Shown one piece after another: positions 29,573 to 37,595 of a stretch of 64,000 nucleotides of DNA. Below the pieces are notes generated by a model. That model had not been told where the DNA came from and ran no database searches. It saw only the letters and a list, made by a program, of their open reading frames with translations. This DNA comes from Mycobacteriales bacterium (GTDB lineage: Bacteria > Actinomycetota > Actinomycetes > JAFAQI01): contig DATAVE010000064.1 of NCBI GenBank assembly GCA_036267875.1, forward strand, positions 3,546 through 67,545, written 5' to 3'. Positions within the stretch are counted from its first letter, which is position 1. Each line of letters opens with the position of its first letter. Both the position numbers and the translations under genes were made by a program.

Positions 29573-30990
29573 GCGGGATCGTCGAGCCGGTCGGCGACAT
29601 TCCGGCGGCCGAGGAGCTCGGCCGGGTCCACCTGATGGGCATCGGCGGCGCCGGGATGAGCGGCATCGCCCGGATCCTGCTCGCAAGAGGGCTGGCGGTG
29701 AGCGGCTGCGACGCCAAGGAGTCAGCCGCGCTCGCCGCGTTGCGCCCGCTCGGGGTCGAGGTGTCGGTCGGCCACGACCCGGCCCACTGCGAAACCGCTG
29801 ACACCGTCGTCGTATCGAGCGCGATTCGGCCAGCCAACCCGGAGCTGGTCCACGCGCGTGAGCTGGGCCGGCTGGTGCTCCCGCGGGCGGCGGCGCTGGC
29901 ATCGGTCATGGCGGACCGGATCGGGCTGGCGATCGCCGGCACCCACGGCAAGACGACGACCACCTCGATGCTCACGGTCGCGATGCACGCCTGCGGCCGC
30001 GACCCGAGCTATGCCATCGGCGGGGACCTCAACGAACCAGGCTCGAACGCGCACCACGGCACAGGCGAGTTCTTCGTCGCGGAGGCCGATGAGAGCGATC
30101 GGTCCTTCCTGCTGCTCTCGCCCCAGGGCGCGGTCATCACGAATGTCGAGCCGGATCACCTGGACAACTACGGCGACTCTGACGCCGTCCACGCCGCCTT
30201 CGAGGCGTTCATCGACCGGATCGACGTGGGCGGCCCGCTGCTGCTCGGGGCGGACGATCCCGGCTCGCTCGCCCTCGTCGAACCGGCTCGTGCCCGTGGC
30301 CTCGAGGTGCGAACCTTCGGACAGTCACCGGACGCCGACGTCCGGGTCGACGACCTGGAAGTCAACCCCGCCGGCTCGCGCTTCGAGCTAGTGGTCGGCG
30401 GCCGCCGGCTCGGTCCGGTGGAGCTGACCGTGCCGGGTGCTTTCAACGCCGTCAACGCCGCCGGAGCCCTCGGCCTCGGTCTCGCTGTCGGCCTGCCGTA
30501 CGCCGACATGGTCCGGGGGCTCGCGGCCTTTTCCGGGGCCCGCCGACGGTTCGAGCTCAAGGGCATCGCCGGGGGAGTGCGGGTCTTCGACGACTACGCC
30601 CATCACCCCACCGAGGTCGCCCGAGGCGCTCTCGTCGCGGCCCGCGGCGCGGCCCGCGACGGCCGGGTGATCGCGGTGTTCCAGCCGCACCTCTACAGCC
30701 GCACTCAACGCTTCGCCACCGACTTCGGGGAGGCACTGGGGGCAGCCGACGTGGTTGTCGTCATGGAGGTCTACGCCGCTCGTGAAGACCCGCTGCCAGG
30801 GGTTACCGGAAGGCTGATCGCCGACGCGATTGCGTTGCCGGCAGGTCGGGTCCACTTCGAGCCGTCCTGGTCCAGCGTGCCCAAGCTCGTGGCGAAACTC
30901 ACAAGGCCTGGCGACGTGGTGATCACCATCGGAGCGGGAGACGTCACGATGATCGGCCCCGCCGTCCTGGACGAGCTCGCCAGCCGCTGA
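29569..30990 (+). CDS. murC: UDP-N-acetylmuramate--L-alanine ligase MurC
   Basis: HLMGIGGAGMSGIA and GTHGKTTTTSM motifs. TTG 29569 overlaps the murG stop, whereas the ORF-track start 29428 would overlap murG extensively. Confidence 0.85.
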   Translation: MSGIVEPVGDIPAAEELGRVHLMGIGGAGMSGIARILLARGLAVSGCDAKESAALAALRPLGVEVSVGHDPAHCETADTVVVSSAIRPANPELVHARELGRLVLPRAAALASVMADRIGLAIAGTHGKTTTTSMLTVAMHACGRDPSYAIGGDLNEPGSNAHHGTGEFFVAEADESDRSFLLLSPQGAVITNVEPDHLDNYGDSDAVHAAFEAFIDRIDVGGPLLLGADDPGSLALVEPARARGLEVRTFGQSPDADVRVDDLEVNPAGSRFELVVGGRRLGPVELTVPGAFNAVNAAGALGLGLAVGLPYADMVRGLAAFSGARRRFELKGIAGGVRVFDDYAHHPTEVARGALVAARGAARDGRVIAVFQPHLYSRTQRFATDFGEALGAADVVVVMEVYAAREDPLPGVTGRLIADAIALPAGRVHFEPSWSSVPKLVAKLTRPGDVVITIGAGDVTMIGPAVLDELASR

Positions 30991-31298
30991 GCGCGGATTT
31001 CCTTGACCTTAGGTCGAGATAAAGACTGCCGCCCTGGCGAACTTATGCACGAGTACGCTGCAATGATGCTTCTTGGCCTTGACCACAGATCGGGCTCACC
31101 CGTATTGTCCCCGGGCTTCGAGCGGGGATTCCCCAGCCCTCCACTTGAGGTTGAGAGTTTTTCCCCGACTCTCGAGGACACTCGAGCCAGTCATCGGAGC
31201 TCGGTGACCGCAGTGTCGGCGACACCTTCCCCGGGTCGCCGGCGTGCGGTCACCGCCGTGGACAGCGATCCCGCTCCGCCGTCTCAAATCGTGGAGGC
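30991..31298 (+). promoter_or_regulatory. Non-coding ftsZ leader/promoter region, lower GC, occupying the position where ftsQ is expected
   Basis: 308 nt between the murC stop and the ftsZ start. The only ORF (31003..31302) lacks GC3 codon bias. Candidate promoters: TTGACC (31007) and TTGACC (~31077) followed by TATTGT. Confidence 0.5.
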
Positions 31299-32564
31299 AT
31301 GAAGCTCGTGGCAGCACCCCAGAACTACCTCGCCGTGATCAAGGTCGTCGGCATCGGCGGTGGTGGCGTCAACGCCGTCAACCGCATGATCGAAGTCGGC
31401 CTCAAGGGCGTCGAGTTCATCGCCGTCAACACTGACGCGCAGGCCCTCCTGATGAGCGACGCCGACGTGAAGCTGGACGTCGGCCGTGACCTCACCCGTG
31501 GCCTCGGCGCAGGTGCCGACCCGGCCGTCGGGCGACAGGCCGCGGAGGACAACATCGAGGAGATCGAGGAGGTCCTCAAGGGGGCCGACATGGTCTTCGT
31601 GACAGCCGGCGAGGGCGGCGGCACCGGGACCGGTGGGGCTCCGGTCGTGGCGCGGCTGGCTCGGGAGCAGGGCGCTCTCACCATCGGCGTGGTCACCCGG
31701 CCGTTCTCCTTCGAGGGCAAGCGCCGCTCGTCCCAGGCCGAGGAGGGGATTGCCGCACTCCGCGAGGAGGTGGACACCCTCATCGTGATCCCGAACGACC
31801 GCTTGCTGTCGATCAGCGACAAGCGGGTCAGCGTCCTGGAGGCGTTCCACTCGGCCGACCAGGTGCTGCTATCGGGCGTCCAGGGCATCACCGACCTGAT
31901 CACGACCCCGGGTCTGATCAACCTCGACTTCGCCGACGTGAAGTCGGTCATGACCGGGGCGGGCACCGCCCTGATGGGCATCGGTTCCGCCCGCGGCGAC
32001 GACCGCGCGCTGGTGGCGGCAGAGTTTGCCATCGCGAGTCCGTTACTCGAGGCCTCGATCGAGGGCGCCCACGGCGTCCTCATGAACATTTCCGGCGGTA
32101 GTGACCTCGGCCTGTTCGAGATCCACGAGGCGGCGCAGCTCGTCGCTGAGGCGGCTCACCCAGAGGCCAACATCATCTTCGGTGCGGTCATCGATGACGC
32201 CCTCGGCGACGAGGTGCGGGTCACCGTCATCGCGGCCGGCTTCGATGGCGGCATGCCGCGAGCCCGGCTCTTCGAGCCGCGGCGTACCGAGACTCGGGCG
32301 CCAGTCGAACGCGAGCGACCGGCGCCAGTGGTCCAGTTCGACGACGATGTCGACGAGGAGGACGACGGTCTGCTGCTTGCCGAGCTGACCGAAGAGCCGC
32401 CGCCCCCGCCGGTGCGTAGTCCGCGCCGGGCGCCTGCGCCGGAGCCGGCTCCCGAGCCGACCCGCGAGCGCGAACCGGCCCGCGCGTCGCGGCCGACCCC
32501 GCCCCGTCGCACGATCGTGTTCGACGACTCCGACGATCTCGACGTTCCCGACTTCCTGAAGTAG
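31299..32564 (+). CDS. ftsZ: Cell division GTPase FtsZ
   Basis: [18 protein letters not shown] and [13 protein letters not shown] tubulin signature. Pro/Glu-rich C-terminal linker and conserved C-terminal peptide [10 protein letters not shown]. Confidence 0.95.
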   Translation: MKLVAAPQNYLAVIKVVGIGGGGVNAVNRMIEVGLKGVEFIAVNTDAQALLMSDADVKLDVGRDLTRGLGAGADPAVGRQAAEDNIEEIEEVLKGADMVFVTAGEGGGTGTGGAPVVARLAREQGALTIGVVTRPFSFEGKRRSSQAEEGIAALREEVDTLIVIPNDRLLSISDKRVSVLEAFHSADQVLLSGVQGITDLITTPGLINLDFADVKSVMTGAGTALMGIGSARGDDRALVAAEFAIASPLLEASIEGAHGVLMNISGGSDLGLFEIHEAAQLVAEAAHPEANIIFGAVIDDALGDEVRVTVIAAGFDGGMPRARLFEPRRTETRAPVERERPAPVVQFDDDVDEEDDGLLLAELTEEPPPPPVRSPRRAPAPEPAPEPTREREPARASRPTPPRRTIVFDDSDDLDVPDFLK

Positions 32565-32574
32565 CGGCCGGCCG

Positions 32575-33345
32575 GTGACCGGCATCGAGCTGATCGACGC
32601 GGAGCTTCCGGCTGGAGTCGTCGGTGGATTCACCACCCGCGGCGGAGGTGTCAGTCCGCCGCCGTGGGCCGAGTTGAACCTGGCGTTGCACGTGACGGAC
32701 CGGCGTTCTCGGGTTCTCACGAATCGCGATCGGCTCGGCTGTGAGATCGGGATCGGTCGGGTGGGCTTCCCGCAGCAGGTGCACGGCGCCCGGGTCCTCG
32801 TCGTGGACCGGAAGGCGGCAGGACGCCGTCAACTCACGCGGCGAGCAGGCGCGGCCGGTGTCGATGCGCTCGTGACGGCAGCGCATGAGGCGCCAATCGG
32901 GGTACTGGTGGCCGACTGCATGCCCGTGCTGATCGCCGACCCGGTTGCGGGGGTCGTGGCGGCGGCACACGCTGGGCGCAAAGGTCTCGTCGCTGGGGTG
33001 TTGCAGGCCACGATCGAGGCGATGACCACGCTCGGCGCCGAGCCGGGGCGGATGGCCGCGGTGGTCGGTCCGTCAATCTGCGGACGCTGCTACGAGGTGC
33101 CGGAGCAGATGCGCGACGAGGTATCGGCCCAACTCCCCGCGAGCTTCGCGCAGACTCGAGCAGGCACAGCCGCGCTCGACCTGCCGGCGGGCGCGACCAG
33201 CGTGATCAGGGCGGAAGGCGTCAACGACGTCAGGTTCGTTGGGCTGTGTACGGCGGAAGACGAGCGGTTCTACTCATACCGCCGCGATGGGGTCACCGGC
33301 CGCTTTGCCGGCGTGATCATGCTGGAGCCCGATGTCCACCGATAG
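32575..33345 (+). CDS. pgeF: Peptidoglycan editing factor PgeF (YfiH / laccase-domain protein, DUF152)
   Basis: 256 aa with ...GGVSPPPWAELNLALHV... and conserved His/Cys residues. Canonical position after ftsZ. Confidence 0.8.
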   Translation: MTGIELIDAELPAGVVGGFTTRGGGVSPPPWAELNLALHVTDRRSRVLTNRDRLGCEIGIGRVGFPQQVHGARVLVVDRKAAGRRQLTRRAGAAGVDALVTAAHEAPIGVLVADCMPVLIADPVAGVVAAAHAGRKGLVAGVLQATIEAMTTLGAEPGRMAAVVGPSICGRCYEVPEQMRDEVSAQLPASFAQTRAGTAALDLPAGATSVIRAEGVNDVRFVGLCTAEDERFYSYRRDGVTGRFAGVIMLEPDVHR

Positions 33346-34039
33346 GGGCGCCGAACTGGCGGCCAGTCTCGCCGCGTTGAACGAGCGGGTCGCGCGGGCT
33401 TGCGGGGCAGCCGATCGGGATCCGGCCTCGGTCACGCTGATCGCGGTGACAAAGACGTTTCCGGCATCGGATATCCGATTGCTGGCCGACCTCGGCGTCA
33501 CCGACGTGGGGGAGAACCGCGATGACGAGGCCGCCGGCAAACACGCTGAGTGCCGGGATCTTGGCCTGGCGTGGCACTTCGTCGGGCAGGTCCAGCGGCG
33601 AAAGGCGCGATCGGTCGCGGCGTACGCCGATGTCGTCCATTCGATCGACCGGCCCGAGCTGGCCGTCGCTCTCAGCGCTGCAGTGACCTCCGAAGCGCGG
33701 CTGCTTGCCGGATTGGTCCAGATCTGCCTCGACCCAGTCGGCAGTCAGGGTCGAGCGGGCGTGGCCCCCGAGGCCGTTGTCGAGCTGGCGGAGCAGGTAG
33801 TCCGCTCGCCCGGGCTTGCGCTCGCCGGGGTCATGGCAGTCGCTCCGTTGGGCGGCGATCCAGACATCGCGTTCGCGCGGCTGGCTGAGCTGTCGGCGCA
33901 GGTCAGAGCCGCGTTTCCGGCCGCAACGATGATCTCGGCCGGGATGAGCGGGGATCTCGAGGCGGCGATCCGACACGGCGCGACACACCTTCGTGTCGGA
34001 AGTGCGTTGATGGGCGGTCGAAGCGGCTTGGTCGGTTAG
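33332..34039 (+). CDS. YggS-family pyridoxal-phosphate homeostasis protein
   Basis: 235 aa alanine-racemase-N-like barrel (…[12 protein letters not shown]…[14 protein letters not shown]…). Conserved dcw position. Confidence 0.8.
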   Translation: MSTDRGAELAASLAALNERVARACGAADRDPASVTLIAVTKTFPASDIRLLADLGVTDVGENRDDEAAGKHAECRDLGLAWHFVGQVQRRKARSVAAYADVVHSIDRPELAVALSAAVTSEARLLAGLVQICLDPVGSQGRAGVAPEAVVELAEQVVRSPGLALAGVMAVAPLGGDPDIAFARLAELSAQVRAAFPAATMISAGMSGDLEAAIRHGATHLRVGSALMGGRSGLVG

Positions 34040-34103
34040 CCTTGACGGGAACGTTCGCGCGCGATTTGCACGCTCGGGCGACCGATTGACCGGAGGACGT
34101 CGA

Positions 34104-34625
34104 ATGGCCGGCGCGATGCGCAAGATGGCCGTCTATCTCGGGCTTGTCGAAGATGAGGACATCGATGGCGGGTACGACGAGGACGACGTCGACTTCGACG
34201 AGCGTCCGCACGTGATCCGTCGTGGTGAAGAGCCGGTGCTGCGGGTGACGCGCCCGGATGAGGTTGCCGAGCGGCGCCCACGCGCAAGCGAGCGACACAG
34301 CGCGAGCGTCAATCGCCCGAGCGCGGACCCGATCGATGCCCTGGAGGCGTACCGCATCACTACTGTTCACCCCCGCAACTACAACGAAGCGCGAGTCATC
34401 GGCGAGCACTTCCGCGACGGCACCCCGGTGATCATGAACCTCACCGACATGGACGACTCGGACGCGAAGCGCCTGGTCGACTTCGCCGCGGGCCTGGTCT
34501 TCGGTCGTCACGGCAGCATCGAGCGGGTGACCCAGAAGGTGTTCCTGCTCACCCCGGCCAACGTCGAGATCACCGCCGAGGACAAGTCCCGGCTCGCGGG
34601 GGCTGGCTTCTTCAACCAGAGCTGA
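34104..34625 (+). CDS. sepF: Cell division protein SepF
   Basis: [18 protein letters not shown]-terminal membrane-targeting helix and a C-terminal SepF domain. ATG 34104 with a GGAGGA RBS. Confidence 0.85.
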   Translation: MAGAMRKMAVYLGLVEDEDIDGGYDEDDVDFDERPHVIRRGEEPVLRVTRPDEVAERRPRASERHSASVNRPSADPIDALEAYRITTVHPRNYNEARVIGEHFRDGTPVIMNLTDMDDSDAKRLVDFAAGLVFGRHGSIERVTQKVFLLTPANVEITAEDKSRLAGAGFFNQS

Positions 34626-34653
34626 CCGGCCCGGGAAGACAAGCGGCGCAACG

Positions 34654-34941
34654 GTGGCCATCGCAGCATCGATCGGGGTCTACGCCCTGTACGTGCTGAT
34701 CGCGTTGCTGATCGTCCGGTTTGTCATGGATTGGATCATGGTGCTCTCGCGGAACTACCGGCCGACAGGTGCGGTAGCCGCGGCGCTCGAGTTGGCCTAC
34801 ACCGTGACCGATCCGCCGATCAAAGCGCTGCGCCGGGTGATTCCGCCGCTGCCGCTGGGTCGGGCGAGCCTTGACCTGGCCTTTCTGGTGCTCTGGATCG
34901 CAGCGGGGATTCTCATTCGGGTGCTGAGTGCATATGCCTGA
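34654..34941 (+). CDS. YggT-family membrane protein
   Basis: 95 aa with 2 transmembrane helices, at the usual position between sepF and divIVA. Confidence 0.75.
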   Translation: MAIAASIGVYALYVLIALLIVRFVMDWIMVLSRNYRPTGAVAAALELAYTVTDPPIKALRRVIPPLPLGRASLDLAFLVLWIAAGILIRVLSAYA

Positions 34942-34983
34942 GCTCACGGGTAACCCGGCCCGGTGCCGGGAAGGTGATCTGCC

Positions 34984-35949
34984 ATGCCGCTGAGTCCCGA
35001 CGACGTCCAGAACAAGCGGTTCACCGTCGTGCGCTTCAAGTTCGGCTACGACGAGGAAGAGGTCGACAACTTCCTCGACGAGATCGAGGAAGAGCTGCGT
35101 CGGCTGATCAGCGAGAACCGGGCGCTGCATACCGCCGCGACGAGGGTGCCCGGCGCGCCCGGTCCGACCGCCGTGCTGCCGCCTGCGCTCCCACACGCCG
35201 TGCCACCGCCACAGCCGTCGCCGCAGGTAGTGATGCCTCCGCCGCAGCCAGTCCCGGCACCGCCACCCCCGCCCGCACCGATCGCGATTCCCGAGTTGGC
35301 CGGGCTCTCCGGACTCGCAGATACCGACGACACGGCGCTGCGCACGCTGATGCTTGCCCAGCGCACCGCAGAGGACGCGATCGCCAAGGCCCACGCAGAT
35401 GCCGAGGAGATCCTCAACGGTGCCCGGGCGAAGGCCACCGCGCTCGAGCAGGAGCTGCGCGCGGTCCATGCCGGCCGGCTCGCGGCGCTCGAGAAGGAGC
35501 GGTCCGGGCTCGTCGAGGAGATCGCCGCGCTCCGCGGGTTCGAGCGGGAGTTTCGCAACCGGCTCCGTATGTATCTGCAGTCGACGATCGGCGACCTCGA
35601 TGCTCGGCCGAGCGTCGAACCGGCGCAGGCCCAACCGGTGGCTGCCGCACAGGTCTCGGCGGAGACCCAGAGCGTCGGCCGGCACTCGGCGCCAATGCCG
35701 CAGCGACCGCCGCAGGCACCACCGCCGCAAGCCCGACCGCCGCAGGCCCGACCGCCGCAGGCCCCAGCGCCGCAGGCGCCGCAGCAACCTGCGGCCCAGC
35801 CAGTGGCGCCCGCTCAGCCCCCCGCTCAGCCCTCCGCTCACCCTCCCGCGGCAGTGCCACCTGTGGCCCCGCCGGCGGCTCCGCCACCACCGCCCCCGAA
35901 CCCGTTCAGCAGCGCCCCGCCGCCCGCTGGGCCGCCCGCTCAGGCGTGA
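34984..35949 (+). CDS. divIVA: DivIVA (Wag31) polar growth/cell division protein with a long Pro/Gln/Ala-rich C-terminus
   Basis: MPLSPDDVQNKRFTVVRFKFGYDEEEVDNFLDEIE is the canonical DivIVA N-domain. Coiled coil, then PQA repeats. Confidence 0.9.
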   Translation: MPLSPDDVQNKRFTVVRFKFGYDEEEVDNFLDEIEEELRRLISENRALHTAATRVPGAPGPTAVLPPALPHAVPPPQPSPQVVMPPPQPVPAPPPPPAPIAIPELAGLSGLADTDDTALRTLMLAQRTAEDAIAKAHADAEEILNGARAKATALEQELRAVHAGRLAALEKERSGLVEEIAALRGFEREFRNRLRMYLQSTIGDLDARPSVEPAQAQPVAAAQVSAETQSVGRHSAPMPQRPPQAPPPQARPPQARPPQAPAPQAPQQPAAQPVAPAQPPAQPSAHPPAAVPPVAPPAAPPPPPPNPFSSAPPPAGPPAQA

Positions 35950-36117
35950 CCAGCGCTACGTGATGTTTGCCGGGCCAGCCGCCGTCTGTCGCCGTGCTGC
36001 CACTACGATGTGGCGCGATAGCCGCGAATCACCAGATTCGCCAGGTGTGGTCTGGTGTTCGCGGCGCGTGCCGTCGCACCACCAATCGCACTTGATGAGG
36101 GAAATGGAGTCGACGAC

Positions 36118-36831
36118 GTGATCGTCATCAGCGGGATCCTGCTGCTCATCGCGGTTGTGTTCCTCGTCATCGGGTTGTTTGGCCCGCTGGCGTGGGTCTA
36201 CGCCTCGATTGCTGTCAGCGTGTTGTCATTCGTGTTCTTGCTGGTCGGAGTGCGTCAGCGTCGCGACGTGGTCGCGCCGTCGGGTGCGCCCGCACCTTCC
36301 GCGCCTCGAGGCGACTCCCTCGCTTCGGATGAGCCGGCGAGCACCGACGTGACCCTGGTCCCGGCAGGTGGTCGTCGTCCGGCTGCTGCGGTTGCCGCTG
36401 CCGCGGCCACTGCCGCAGTGCTGGAGGAGCGCGAGGCTTCCGAGTCGGCGCCTGCCCGCGTGGTCGAGCGACCGCGTCCGGCCGCTGTACCCGCGCGTCC
36501 TGCCCGTGCGACCAGCCCGGCGGCAAGCCGGCTGCGTAGCGCGTCGACGACCCGTCCGCGCGCCGTTCTGCCGGCTCGCATCGCCGAGGCTGAGGCCACC
36601 GGCGGCTCTGCCAAGAAGACGGCTGCGAAGAAGACGACCGCCAAGAAGGCTGCCCCGGCCAAGGTCGCCGCGAAGAAGGCTGCTCCGGCGAAGACGGCCG
36701 CGCCAGCCAAGGCTGCGGCCCCGGCCAAGAAGACGGCCGCCAAGTCGGCTGCTCCGGCCAAGAAGGCCGCGCCTGCGGCGGCTAAGAAGACCGCTGCGAA
36801 GAAGACAGCCGCCAAGAAGACGGCGCGCTAG
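36118..36831 (+). CDS. Small membrane protein with a histone-H1-like lysine/alanine-rich C-terminal tail
   Basis: From GTG 36118: two transmembrane helices (ISGILLLIAVVFLVIGLFGPLAWVYASIAVSVLSFVFLLVGV), a disordered Ala/Pro/Ser region, then (T)AAKK/PAKKAA repeats. Confidence 0.6.
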   Translation: MIVISGILLLIAVVFLVIGLFGPLAWVYASIAVSVLSFVFLLVGVRQRRDVVAPSGAPAPSAPRGDSLASDEPASTDVTLVPAGGRRPAAAVAAAAATAAVLEEREASESAPARVVERPRPAAVPARPARATSPAASRLRSASTTRPRAVLPARIAEAEATGGSAKKTAAKKTTAKKAAPAKVAAKKAAPAKTAAPAKAAAPAKKTAAKSAAPAKKAAPAAAKKTAAKKTAAKKTAR

Positions 36832-36850
36832 CAGCAGCTACCGACCAACT

Positions 36851-36887
36851 AGAGAAGGCCCCCGCCAGATTGGCGGGGGCCTTCTCT
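36851..36887 (+). terminator. Intrinsic terminator-like hairpin (16-bp perfect GC-rich stem, 5-nt loop)
   Basis: AGAGAAGGCCCCCGCC-AGATT-GGCGGGGGCCTTCTCT followed on the plus strand by the U-rich TTGATGTCTTGGTTATTCTTC. It sits between convergent genes. Confidence 0.65.
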
Positions 36888-36901
36888 AGTTGATGTCTTG
36901 G

Positions 36902-37375
36902 TTATTCTTCAGGGTTCGACACCCGGCGGAACGGGTCGCGTGCCGGGGGAGTGGGCAGCTGCACCCGGTCACCTTCGATGGACAGCCCCGTGAGCCCGAG
37001 CACGTGGCACAGGACCGACAGTGTCGTCTCGCCGGCCTCGATGCCCTCCTGCGTCACCATGGCGCGGTAGATCAGCGCCCAGTGCTTCGCGGGGGTGTCA
37101 TAGGTCCAGTCGACCGAGCCGAGGTGGATCGCGGTACCGCGACTGCCATCCGGCCCGTTGAACGCGCCGCTCCACAGCTGGATGCCTGCCGGGCCAGCCG
37201 AGAAGCGGCCACCCTGCGTCACGTCCTCGTGGGCGGCGGCGTCGAGCAGCGCACGCGCCTGAAGCTCAGGCAGGACCAGCGCCGGGCGTACCTGGCTGGT
37301 GAGAGCGGGGACCGCAACGGCCTCAGTTTTGAGACGCAGTCCGTCCGCTGACGTCTTGAGAAGCGTCAAAGACAC
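36902..37375 (-). CDS. Hypothetical conserved protein (no family assigned)
   Basis: ORF 36902..37420 trimmed to a GTG at 37375, which has a near-perfect SD (GGAGGTGCGAG-GTG). Good GC3 bias. An AT-rich intergenic region lies upstream. Confidence 0.45.
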   Translation of the reverse strand: MSLTLLKTSADGLRLKTEAVAVPALTSQVRPALVLPELQARALLDAAAHEDVTQGGRFSAGPAGIQLWSGAFNGPDGSRGTAIHLGSVDWTYDTPAKHWALIYRAMVTQEGIEAGETTLSVLCHVLGLTGLSIEGDRVQLPTPPARDPFRRVSNPEE

Positions 37376-37595
37376 CTCGCACCTCCGGGATCGTGCGCGT
37401 CGCTTTTGGGTATCTAACATGACGCACCTACAGCATCGGGCTAGATACGCGTGAGAATCACTAGACCGAACGGGTTAATTGTCGCTCAGACTACTGCTCC
37501 GAGCGCCAATTTTGGCACAAATACGCCAGTTTGGCCATGGCCCGGTCTGGCCCGCAATGCCTACCCGGACTACGAGCCTGCGGCGCTGGGCACGA

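Noticed and set aside
31003-31302. 99-aa ORF in the murC–ftsZ gap that might have been a remnant or miniature ftsQ
   Set aside because: Codons show no third-position GC bias (tta, ggt, gat, aaa, ctt, gct…). There is no TM helix or POTRA-like sequence. Treated as non-coding leader
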